Assembly (NCBI RefSeq): GCF_003704095.1
Contig: NW_020843606.1
Location: 248,001-312,000, forward strand
Source: Pocillopora damicornis
Lineage: Eukaryota
DNA: 64,000 nucleotides
Reading direction: 5' to 3'
Shown: one piece after another, positions 26,701 to 37,436 of the stretch
How positions within the stretch are numbered: position 1 is the first letter of the stretch
Layout: the number at the start of each line of letters is the position of its first letter
Translations under genes and position numbers: made by a program
Notes under the pieces: model-generated
Seen by the model: the letters and a program-made list of their open reading frames with translations, nothing else
Database searches by the model: none
What the model was told of the DNA's origin: nothing

Positions 26701-29700
26701 AGGCACCATATGCATGGCTGCCTCACGCATGACTTTTTTTTAAAACATTGGCGTTTTTTGTATGATTTATTTCTTGGCGTACATTTTCTTTATTTCAGCG
26801 AATATCCCTCTGATCGATCTGACCTTCGCACTCAGCGCGACCTCAGCCTCGTCTGACTTGACTTTCTTCCTGATGCGAAATGCAGTCACTGCGATCATAG
26901 ACAAATACGGTATTGACAGAATCCACTACAGCGTGATCATCTTCGGCTCTACTGTCACCAGACGCGTGACCTTCGACGATCAATTTCCGGAAAAGAATGC
27001 ATTAAATAGGATTGTGGGCAGATCTCAAAAAGTTGTCGGCGAGCCAAACCTATTGGCAGCTCTGGAAGAGGCGAAGAGCCTTTACGAACTACAATCGGTC
27101 AGGTCAAATGCCAGGAAAGTTCTCGTCGTCATTCTGGACGCCCCATCAGCCAGTAATGATACGGCAGTGAGGCAAGCTGTCACTGACCTTGATAACAAAG
27201 ATGTTCTCGTCATCGGGGTTGGAATGGGAAGTTCGGCGAATGAAAATGATTTGATTGGAATTACGAAGGACGATCGACACCTGATCAATGCACCTCTGAA
27301 CAAGTCACCCCGAGAAGTAGCCCAAGAAATTATCGAGGCCATATTTTATGGCATTAATAGTACGTATCTATGCTTCATTATTTTCCTCTGTTTTCCACTA
27401 CTTTTTTTGTCTTTTGTCTTTTACTATTTGAGCCGGGGTAAAAACGTTATCTCGATTGGCATCTCTGACTTTTTTTATCACTTTTCATCAAAAGCTACTA
27501 AAAAATTGGCATGCAAGGTTTGTTCTATGAGAGAAACTCAGTTCACAGTTAATTCTTTTTCGCTGGTTCACATTTTTATCAGCAAGATAATCTGGGACTA
27601 GTTGCTTCATGAGCAGATAGAGCTATTTAACGAATTGATGGTTACCACTGTATACAGACTCGCTCAGTGAAGGGTGATTTCCACTCTTCCAAAACCCGTG
27701 CTTATATCCACTTCCTTTCGAATATCTATCGCTTTGATGATCTTGTCCTTCTCTATTGATCTTCCTTTGAGAAGTTCTTTCGTTGCTGAGGATGTATGAA
27801 AAACACCGCAAAGAAAACAGCTGATGAATCGAACGATTCTGCAGTGAGAATACGTGTATGCATGTTGATAAACCTTTCAACAAAGCTGAAATTTGTATTT
27901 CAGCTGCCGGATTCAGTCAATGGGGAGATTGGAGCACATGCTCAGAGCCGTGTCGTTCTGGTGGTGTTGCTGGCACTCAACAGCGCAGGCGTATTTGCGA
28001 AATTCCCAGACGAGGATGCTTCGGTCCCACGGTGGAAACAAGAGAATGCAACACTCAAAACTGTCAAGGTTAGGAGACTGTTTTCAAAATAAGGTTTTCT
28101 GTGTGTTGTTTCGATACAATTCATTGTTCGAGAACATTCATAGAATATGTTAAAACTTTTTTGCAGTTTGCGGGGAAATAGGTCCATTGGAAGATAGTTC
28201 TTATCAAGCTTCGAGTTCTGTACAGTTACCACGATTCGCTAAACTAAACACGACTGATCCTGGTGTTAACAGGCGAGGCTGGTGCCCATCTCCAGATGAT
28301 AGTGACCCGTATCTCCAGATTGATTTAGGTAAAAAAAAAATTAAAAAAGGAAATTATGAATCTGTCTTAAAATTTTTAATTTAACAGTGATGTAGTTTTA
28401 AATGATACAAATAAACTGCACCGATTTGAAGCAGAAGTCAACTAAATCTGCCTATGGTCTGCGCCGTAGGTCGTCCCAATGGCAGGTGAATCTGAGATCT
28501 CAGGATTTCATGTTGGAATTCATTTTACATTCTCTTTTTTTATGTTTACACCTTACCTTTACGGTTAAAACAGAAAAACGATATTCCAGACGGATAAATC
28601 TAACTGTTTCCAACAGCAGGCATTTGAATGGTTGTTCCTATCTTCCTCTGAGTCGCCATGGTTTCTTCCCATAATAGTATAAGCCACTTTTTGGCATTTG
28701 AAAGCTCTTTCTTAATTTATCTGTCCCTTTTTGTGATCAATCATTTATCAGCTCATCTTTCTCTTACAGTTGATAGTGTCGATATCAGTGGTCTTGCCAC
28801 AAAAGGGCAAGACTTTTCTGGACTTGAACGCTGGGTAACAAGTTACTATATCTCATACAGTGAGGATGGATTCAAATACATTGAGTATGTAGAAGGAGGC
28901 CAGAGGAAGGTAAGCTGAATGCAGATATGAATGCAGATATGATTTATTTTGACACTGAGTTGTAAAGGGAGAAGCATATCACACTGATCATAGACATCCA
29001 GGTGGTTTATTTAACGACGAAAGGACCAGAACTACCTTCAATAATTCATTGTTTACTTGAACTCTCACAGGATAGCGTTTTGGAGCATTATGATTAACGA
29101 AAGAATATACTTTTCTGGGTTGTCAGTCAGTGGAGAGGAGCACGATAAATTGCGGACGACGTTCTGCGGATTTTAGGACAACCAGCAATTTTCCTCTCCA
29201 ACCCTCTAACTCTCTCTTTTCGCTCTTCGCTTATTCACTTGCCTTTTCTAACCAAAAACCTATAACGGGTCGGAAAGAAACTTACTCCAAAATGATCACA
29301 TAACTGAATTTTTTCCCACACACTGAAGTTGTTACAAAAAGCTTTTCAGGATCGTAAAAGCAAGTACTTTAAATCAAAAGTTTTCCCTGACGGTGAAATG
29401 ATTATCTTTTAGGGTTTCCTTATCCTGTTTGATTTCTATGTGAACAAAGAAACAGAACGCAACAAAAATCGAGAACACAACGCTATTTCTAGAAGGCAGA
29501 AATCTAAGGGTCCGTTTCTTCTATATCATTTATCTTTTCAGAATTTCACTGGCAATACAGATCCAACGAATATTGTCATTAACGAGATCAATATAACGAC
29601 AGCAGCCAAAAAAATCCGATTCCATCCTTTGACGTTCGTTGAGCAGGCGTGCATGCGAGCCTCAGTGTTTGGGTGCCCTCCGCCAGGTAAATACAGTTGG

Positions 29701-32700
29701 AATACAGTGAAAATCATTCCTTTGAAAGAACATGAGACACGCGATGCCCTGGGTACCTGTGGATGCGGATCGTTAGATCTGTTTACGAGCCGTAGCTGGC
29801 TTATTTTGTTGTGTTTTTGAACAAGACAATATACTCAACGAGTACCCCTACCCTTTCCACCCAAGAATATAAATAATGTGTAACGGCTACCCGTCGGGTG
29901 ACCAGAAAAAATATGGGGTGGGGGGCAAAACATTGCAATCCGGGGGAAGTAGCAACACTATGCTCCTTTTTTATTCCACCTATGAAGACAATTACCATTG
30001 CGGTCACGTAATATGACTTGTAGACTTTGAAGAAAGACTAAACTAAACCGTGTCGATCATACCAAGCAAGCAACAAATAATGCACCTCTATACTGGAATC
30101 CTTAAACGATAAACTTGATGGAATTCTCCTTTTCTTGCAGTTGCCGAAGTTATCAGTAGCCCAATAGCACAAACTGGAATCTGTAAGTAACTGGTTTTTG
30201 TTTCCACTTTTGGAGTTATTGGTCTGAAATTCATTTTGAAAAAAATTTTTCCTACTTTTTCAGCTGAAGTTACAACTCCAACAAGATATAGATGCTGGAG
30301 TTAAATGCCATAGAATGAAAGTAGAGATTACTTGATTAAATTCCTTGTTTCGTCTTACAGTGATCGCGTTATGGATCTTGGCCGGAATTCTGTCATTCCT
30401 CCTACTCATGGCCTGTTGTTATTATTGTTGTTGGCATGTCTGCTGCGGAAGGTAAAAATGAATTGATTATAAAACATGACTTCTCTTTGCTATATCAATA
30501 CGTAATCAAGCAAAGCAGGTGTCGAGAATAGACACATCAGTTAGCTGGAGAGTTTTGTCTTGTTATGGTTCCATTTAAAACGAAACATAGAACAGTTAAA
30601 AACCAAAATATGGATTAGATACTGTGAGTTTAAGAGGAATTGACCACCTTTCACAACGCTGTCAGAATATTGAATCTGTGAGATGACAAAACTGAAAAAG
30701 TCGAGTGTTTTTTCAGCCGCGAAAATGTAAGTTTGAATTTAAAAGAATTCAAACCGTTTTTAAATGATGCAAAGCTTGAAGAGCTTTTGGAGCTTTTTTC
30801 GGGTGAATGTCAACAAGTAACCGGTATCAAATTGTTTGGATCAATATCAGTATCTGAGCCAACTGCCCACTTACCTCTCCAACCCAACAACAGTCTATTG
30901 ATAACAAGTTAGGGTTAATGTTGGGTTAGGGGAGGGATAGGTGGGCAGTTGCCCAGACACTGATATTGATCCAATTGTTTTCGTTCAAACGGCTTTAGAG
31001 ATCGATCCAGAAAATTCATGCTATCACAACCAATCAAATACAAAATTAAAACCGAATTGGCTTCTTGCGTTTTCCCGCCTGTAGTTTTTCCTTCAAGTTC
31101 TGATTTGCTCTGATCGTATTCGGAAAGCGCCCGAAGCATTAACGCTTTATCTTATTTGCTTTGCAGAGGTAAAAAGAGGCGGGGTTTGACGGCCTTTAGA
31201 CACACATGGATGGACGACCCAGATGGATATCTTATCGAAAGTTTAGAGAAGAGATGGAGGCTTCCGTCAGCGGATATAATGACTGCAGCTAAATCTGTTC
31301 CTCAAGATGAAATTCAAGAGGTCATTGTGGATATGCAAGACGAGAATTTTAAGCCATCAGGTAAATTGGTTCATTTCTGAAATTTCTTACCACTGAGTGG
31401 CACAAATCACTCACAAAAGAATTAGAATAATCTGACCTTAAATTTATCATTCGCGAGCTTTTAATGAAATTTAGTCTTGCTAAACTGTAATTTGTCATGC
31501 ATCGTTTGCCAGGAAAGGTAAATTTTATACTCTATGTCTGTTTGCTGGGCGTTTTCGTTTGCAATTCTGTGTCCCTCAAACGTATACGCACCTGACGGAG
31601 CTCTTTAGTCTTACATCAACGGTGCAAAGATGGAATATATTTGAATTCAGTCTTACTTTTGTCATTTTGTCGCTGACACTAGGGTTGCTTAAAAGAAGCA
31701 TTCACCAGCGTTCGATTTTATCCAAGTTATTGACTGGACAGGGAATTATTACATTTATCTATGTGGTCCAACGCTGCAAACTCGTGGAATTCTCTCACTC
31801 TTTCTTCTTGCCTTAATTCTTTTATTTCAATTTTTACGTTATTTATTTTGATTCCTCTCTCTTGGACTTTTAGGAGTAATACAGTTCGGTATTGAGGCCG
31901 AAGCAAGCAAAGAAGTTCCCGTCACTGCCGACACCGTACACTCGGAGACACCAACGTACTCGGAAGATGCCGTCGATGATGTGAAAAATGGCGCCAGTAT
32001 GATAAGTCTAAGTTCGGATACTGCACGGTACGCTTCCATTAACAGAAGAAAGCGAATCAAAAGTGACCCATCTGCAGTTGGGCCGAATCTTGGAGCAGCT
32101 TCTTTGGAACGAAACAGCACAAAAGGGCAGAGACGAGGCTCTGGTGTCACAAATGAAGGATTTACCAGGTTAGTTAATGCATATTTGGGTCAAACAACTG
32201 AGTAATTTGTTCTTGGCCTCAAGGCAAGGGAATCGAAAGTAAACCGTAATTGCATTGGTTTTGGTTTAAGCTTTGTGACTGTACAAGAAAACGTACGAGT
32301 TATGATTGGCTTCTTATTACATTTTCCTTTGATCTTATAAAGCATTATAATAACTAAACTCTTTATTTAGATCCAAGGAGTGGTTACTTGACGATTCGCC
32401 CCAGGCCCGTCCTTTGACACCAGAAATGAGGCGTGCCGTAAGTGCAGACGAACTCGCTGTGGTTGACTATGACATGTTCGCTCCACCAAGTAGTCAGCCT
32501 GCTTTCAGAGGGGAGCTGGGTCGGGATGGTTACATGAGAATGAAGCAAACTAACCCGGATCATACATATGAAGCACTTCCAATCGGAAACGCTGACGTTA
32601 CCATGGGAGCCGAACAAGTGAGGGAGGCAGTTGTTATGGAAAACGAAGACCCGTTATACGCTGAAATACGTTTCAATGATGAGGTTGGTGAGACCTAGGT

Positions 32701-33199
32701 TAAATTTTATTTCAAGTATAAAAAAACACCATAGAGCTTGCACCTTAAAAACTAGAATAAGCGTCAGTTTATAGAAGGGTGTAACTTCTACCACTTCTCT
32801 ACCTTAGTGCCCTTGATTCAACTTTGGCCTTTGAACTTTATCTGTCTAATAACTAAAATACTACGAGCGCCCTGATTGGTCAAAAAATTGCACCGGTAAA
32901 CGCTCAGAAAAATTGGTCAAAAAATTTATGAAAAAGTACTTTTCTCGCGTCCTCCCAACATCGCAAGTGAGTTACTACGCTGATAAATCAATATAACGTG
33001 CTGTCTATTGCTTAAATATTCTAACAGCATTTGACTCATTTCGGGGGGGCTGAATCTTATTGTCAATTACTTTTTTTTCAACGGTATCTCGATTAGAGGC
33101 TTAATTCTAAATCCCTCATTGTTAAGGATAACTGAAAGCCTGAAGTCATTATTGTTTCCTTTTCTATGGCTACAGGGAGAAATGGTGGAGATCAAGTGA
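17716..33199 (+). CDS. Coadhesin-like single-pass adhesion protein, paralog A: SP - F5/8C - 2xTSP1 - mucin-like Thr stalk - 3xVWA - TSP1 - F5/8C - TM - cytoplasmic tail; ~1545 aa
   Basis: Exons: 17716-17803 (SP MPLLVRGWLLVQVLTIL); 20507-20656, 21358-21479, 21938-22094 (F5/8C); 23052-23225, 23509-23679 (TSP1); 24007-24042; 24180-24680 (TTTEAA stalk); 25075-25635, 25893-26438, 26799-27359 (VWA); 27904-28068 (TSP1); 28167-28328, 28770-28909, 29542-29686 (F5/8C); 30141-30182; 30361-30451 ([32 protein letters not shown]); 31167-31360, 31874-32168, 32371-32683, 33176-33199. The terminal exon and its frame are ambiguous: the stop could be 32698, 33199 or 33207. The domain set matches coadhesin, a known coral skeletal organic matrix protein. 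Confidence 0.88.
22146..22565. repeat. ~420-bp dispersed repeat, copy 1 (intron 4 of paralog A)
   Basis: Colinear with 34073-34470, e.g. shared ctcagttattttgaaagttg, acagttttatctgctgtg, cgtagggtcagataca, gcataatgacaaattccct, ctctgtagcctgagtgc. Confidence 0.85.
24180..24680 (+). repeat. Coding minisatellite of ~29 15-18-bp units (consensus ACCACAACTGAGGCTGCT = TTTEAA) forming the mucin-like exon of paralog A
   Basis: Tandem units are directly visible, bounded by a tacag acceptor and G|gtttgt donor; phase 1-1, 501 nt. Confidence 0.93.
30838..30972. mobile_element. 135-bp MITE with ~30-bp TIRs and an 8-bp TSD (Merlin/hAT-type)
   Basis: TIRs GGATCAATATCAGTATCTGAGCCAACTGCCCAC / GTGGGCAGTTGCCCAGACACTGATATTGATCC. 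Perfect AATTGTTT duplication at 30830-30837 and 30973-30980. Confidence 0.88.
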
Positions 33200-33884
33200 G
33201 ACTATAGCGTTTAAGGACGGCATACAGCAAACCATGAACAAGGAAGGAACCCAATTTAGTGAAGTCGGAAAATCGTGAAAATATCCAAGATCTTTCCATA
33301 ACGTTCGAGTTTAAAAGAGATGTCCAGCTTTTATTTTGTTTACAGTGTCTTTTAGGAAAATGCACCGTAAGTGTTTGAGAATGTGTACTTCGTGCAGTCA
33401 TAGGGAATACTTAGTTTCGTTTAGAATGGCAATTATTATGAAGATGTTATGTGTTAAAGGAGATTTAATTAGTTATAAAAGCAGTTTTAAGTCACATAAG
33501 TTACCAACTCGATCGAGTTTCATGGCCGAGAGGGCCTTGGAACAGTTTGACCAGCGAGCTACCAGAAGCAAGCGGATAGTTCTGTATTCAAATATCAAAA
33601 ATGTAATAATATAATGAGGAAAAAAACAACGCTTATTGTAGCTTTGATCTGTTTGATTTGTGGGTAGATAGTTATTGCTGCACAATAATTATGACCGTAC
33701 AGCATCCAAATTTGTATTTATCAAGTGTAATTCCCATTTTCTCAGTCGATGCTTTACGGAATATCTAAAACTTCAAGGTGGAAAGAATGCAACTTTCTTA
33801 TAGTCTGATAACTTTATTTGTAATATTCTCTAATTACGCATAAAAGGTTAAGTATTCTTTGGGTATTGTTTCTACTTGTGACTC

Positions 33885-33894
33885 AATAAATAAA
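33885..33894 (+). terminator. Candidate poly(A) signal of paralog A (overlapping AATAAA x2)
   Basis: AATAAATAAA ~690 nt after the predicted stop, followed by GT-rich sequence. Confidence 0.4.
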
Positions 33895-34072
33895 AGGTTA
33901 AAATTAAAAGAAGTACAATTGTAGTAGATGTGTATTGTGTATAAAGAAGAGTTGTTGTTTGAGGCAGGATGAATATGAATACGGCAGAATCCGAAGGTCA
34001 GAGTTTTGATTGGTCGCGAAGATTTTGTCCCCGCTCGTGACAAGACGAAAAAACATATTTTCATTCAGCCAA

Positions 34073-34470
34073 GTTGTGGGCAAACCCACCTTCATCACGG
34101 CGGGCTCACTTTGGTTATCCGTCTGTTCACTCAAGTTGAAAACAAACTCATTTAAGTTGCCATCCTACTCAGTTATTTTGAAAGTTGTTCAGGATCATAT
34201 TGAACAGTTTTATCTGCTGTGGATCGTAGGGTCAGATACATTATGCCGGTATATTTTTGGACATACTGCTATGATCAAAGCATGGAGCATAATTCCAGCA
34301 TAATGACAAATTCCCTACAGAAAAACTCTGTAGCCTGAGTGCTTCCAACAGCAAGCCTGTTTTTCTTGCTCGTGCTTCAGAAATTTGAGTCAATAAAATG
34401 TTGCGCTCTGAACCCCGGTAACCCAAAGTTTTACCTTTTGGTAATAGGAATGGAAGGGGGGGGGGGGTTA
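34073..34470. repeat. ~400-bp dispersed repeat, copy 2 (inter-paralog spacer)
   Basis: Same orientation as, and colinear with, 22146-22565. Confidence 0.85.
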
Positions 34471-34739
34471 AAGGCTCTCAAATTCTATTACTTTGAATTA
34501 TTTCATTATGTGGGCATAATGAAAAAAATAGCATTATGAAAAAAATTCCATAGTTTGCGCCTGATACTACAGTCACAGGGGTGACGCTAAAGAGCATAAT
34601 GCTTAAATTTTCGAGCATGGTTTACCCGTTGTCTTTCTCGATTTCCATAGTAAAACGAGTAGTATTGTAAAAAGCCATTGACATGGTCTCGGTCTATGAC
34701 TGGGAAGTGTCATCTACATATCGCTTCCAGATCTTAGGT

Positions 34740-35790
34740 TGGATCGTCGGCAAATCGAGAAAGGTAACACCATTTCTTTTCTCGACACATCTGTTACAAG
34801 GGACTCAGACCGTCTTGTCACTACCACTTTCTGCAGAAAGCCCACACACACGGACCAGTTCCTAGCCTATGATTCACACCATCCTACGTCAGTGAAGTGT
34901 GGTATTGTTAAGTGTCCATACGACCGAGCCCAACACCTCACAACAAAACCATCAGTTATCTCTGAGGAAAAGAAACACTTGTCATCAGTACTTGTTTCTA
35001 ATGGTTATCATTCTTCGTTCGTACAAAAACTCGCAAAGACAACAAGAGTAACTGCCAACAAAGAAGGAATTTAAATCTGCTGCCATTCTCTCTTACATAC
35101 AGGGTGTATCAGAGGTTCTTCGCCCCTGCCTACAACATCAAGGCATACGGACTGTTTTCAAGTATGACACAGCGCTTAGATCTCACTTGGTGAGACCTAT
35201 AGATGCCCTAGAACCAACAAAACCAAACGGTGTCGTTTTCAAGATCCCATGTGAATGCAGCAAAGTGTATATCGGTGAAACAGGGGTATCAGTGCGAGAA
35301 AGTATAAAAAAAAATATGACAGAGACATACGGTTTGCTCGTACTCAGACCTCTGCGGTTTCGGAGCACACTAACGTAACGAAACGGGGTCTATTCCTATT
35401 TGGAACAAGGTTAAGTTTATTGATCGTGACCCTCACTGGTACACACGTAAGGTCACCTAGGCTATTCATATGAGACTTCATCTCAACGACATCAATAGGG
35501 ATAGCGGAATCGAAATCCCGAGGCTTGGATACCCACGATCAAACAACTGACAGCAGCCGATCAATACAGATCTATAAAGGAACAACATCTAACAACCAGA
35601 ATAATAATGAGAATCGAAATGCACCAACTGCAGCGAACCAACGTGCTACAAATAGCGACACGTAACCAATCGACCTCATCGCCTGATGAAGATTTGTAGT
35701 ATTGCAGTCGAAACGTCGCGATCAACATCGCAAGTGACTTCATCGTGAGACAAACGAATAAAGTTTATCTCTAATTCTTTACTTGTAACA
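34740..35790 (+). mobile_element. 5'-truncated, decayed Penelope-like retroelement (RT C-terminus + GIY-YIG endonuclease + 3' pLTR)
   Basis: ISFLDTSVTR...RKPTHTDQFLAYDSHHPTSVKCGIVKC is the PLE RT thumb region. GVVFKIPCECSKVYIGETG is the GIY-YIG motif. The reading frame is broken by stops and frameshifts. The 3' end carries a hammerhead motif and AATAAA. Confidence 0.9.
35678..35722 (+). ncRNA. Minimal type I hammerhead ribozyme in the Penelope pLTR
   Basis: ATCGC-CTGATGA-agatttgtagtattgcagtc-GAAA-CG-TC-GCGAT. Perfect 5-bp stem I (ATCGC/GCGAT), intact catalytic core, imperfect stem II, palindromic ACGT minimal stem III. Predicted cleavage after C35717 (GUC). Confidence 0.8.
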
Positions 35791-36189
35791 ATTCTTATCC
35801 CAATCCTAGGTAATATTGTAAGAAAAAAATCACTGTTTTCCGAATCACTTATTCTCTCGGTCAAAAGGTTGGAATTTGAACCCTGTTTTTTGTTCCTTAA
35901 AATACATTTGACTCCCATAATGCCTCGCTCGGATCAAGAGTGAGAATGAGTACCAGCCAACTGACAGGATAATCTGATGAGATATAACCCTTTGATGTAA
36001 CAGCTACTGTCCCATCCAATGTAACTGTTACAACACTACAACATTTCTTGCTACTAAAGCCACGATTAATCTCTGTAGGATGGGTCCTCTAAATCAAGAG
36101 ATAACTTTACCTTTACCCTTCTTAGTATCACGAGGATCCAGTGTGCAATTAATGCTATGACATGGTGAATATTCTACTTTAAATAACCG

Positions 36190-36400
36190 AGGGGAAGAGG
36201 AATGTTTGAGGGTCTGGAAGAAGAGGGGGAAAGAAAAAGGGAGAGGGAGAAATGGGAAGGAAAAAATAGGGAGGGAGGCTGAATAGGAGAATGAAGGATA
36301 AGGAAGGGGATAGGAGATAGAAAGTGGGGAGGGAGGGGAGAGATGAAGAGAAATTTAATGGAGGAGGTAAAATGGAAGAAAGAAGTGAAAAATAAACTAA
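36190..36400. repeat. Polypurine (GA-rich) low-complexity tract
   Basis: Directly visible. It lies just downstream of the predicted paralog B poly(A) signal and is pyrimidine-rich on that strand. Confidence 0.8.
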
Positions 36401-36439
36401 AGAATGGGAACCTCTTAGTTTTCAAACACACATTAACAC

Positions 36440-36445
36440 TTTATT
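36440..36445 (-). terminator. Candidate poly(A) signal of paralog B
   Basis: TTTATT on + (AATAAA on -) ~1 kb after the stop, followed on - by gtgttaatgtgtgtttg, a GU-rich element. Confidence 0.45.
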
Positions 36446-37436
36446 AAAACACCATATTTTTATTTCAAGGAATGCCTCCAGCTAATACAATTAAAATAAG
36501 AATTTAATCGATTAAATTCAATAATTTAAACTACAGCAAGATAGCAATGTACTGTAACTCCTGTACTGTAACTCGACAAAAAAAGTAAACATTTTTCAAC
36601 TGTACAAAATGCTTGTAAATTTCTTAATAGGATTCTCTAGAAAAGAAATGCCCACTATGTTTTTATCTTATAGTTAAAAAGTAGAGCAAATGGGCTAAGA
36701 AACTATTTCGCCTATAGAGAGATACCCGAGCAAAATGTTTCTCCACTGCAGGTTTAGGTGACAAGGCCTTCTCTCTTGAGTGGAAAAACTTTCTAATAGC
36801 CTGCGCGCAAACGTGCGAATTTCTTTAATTCTACGGGCAAAAAGGAATTGGAAATATAAAAAAGAGCTAATTTCTAATATAAAAAAATAATAATACACAC
36901 TAATAATCACACATTTGTTATTATTTTTTATTATTATTTTTTTCTTTTTTGGTAGGAAGAAATATTATCTCCGTCAATATTGTCCCTAAGTAATAAATTT
37001 GCTCCAATTTCTTATTTATTCATTAATGCATTTTAATTCATTGAACGCCTTTCGGTCAAAAGAAGAGGAGAGAATTTTTTTTTATTTCCTTCGCCTCTGA
37101 CCTGGAGAAGAGCAAAACGAGAGATCTGCACCTTAATTCATACCTACAGCTGTATCTCCACGCACAATGAGAATTTTCTAATGTTATCTTATTAAATCTA
37201 TCCCACCCACACCGCCAGTGAGTAGGTTTCACAGAAAAACCTGACTGCAATCAATTTAACTAAAATTTTTTGGACTTCAGAAAAAGCGGTCCACCTCTAA
37301 AGTTAGACCTTTAAACCCATCGAGTTAGACTAATCGGTTTTCGAAGAATTTCACTAAATTTTCGTTGAAAAGATTGTAATCCTCCTTCGTCTTCTTTGTA
37401 TGGAAGGACTTAGTTTCGACTTCGCAGTTGTTCCTA

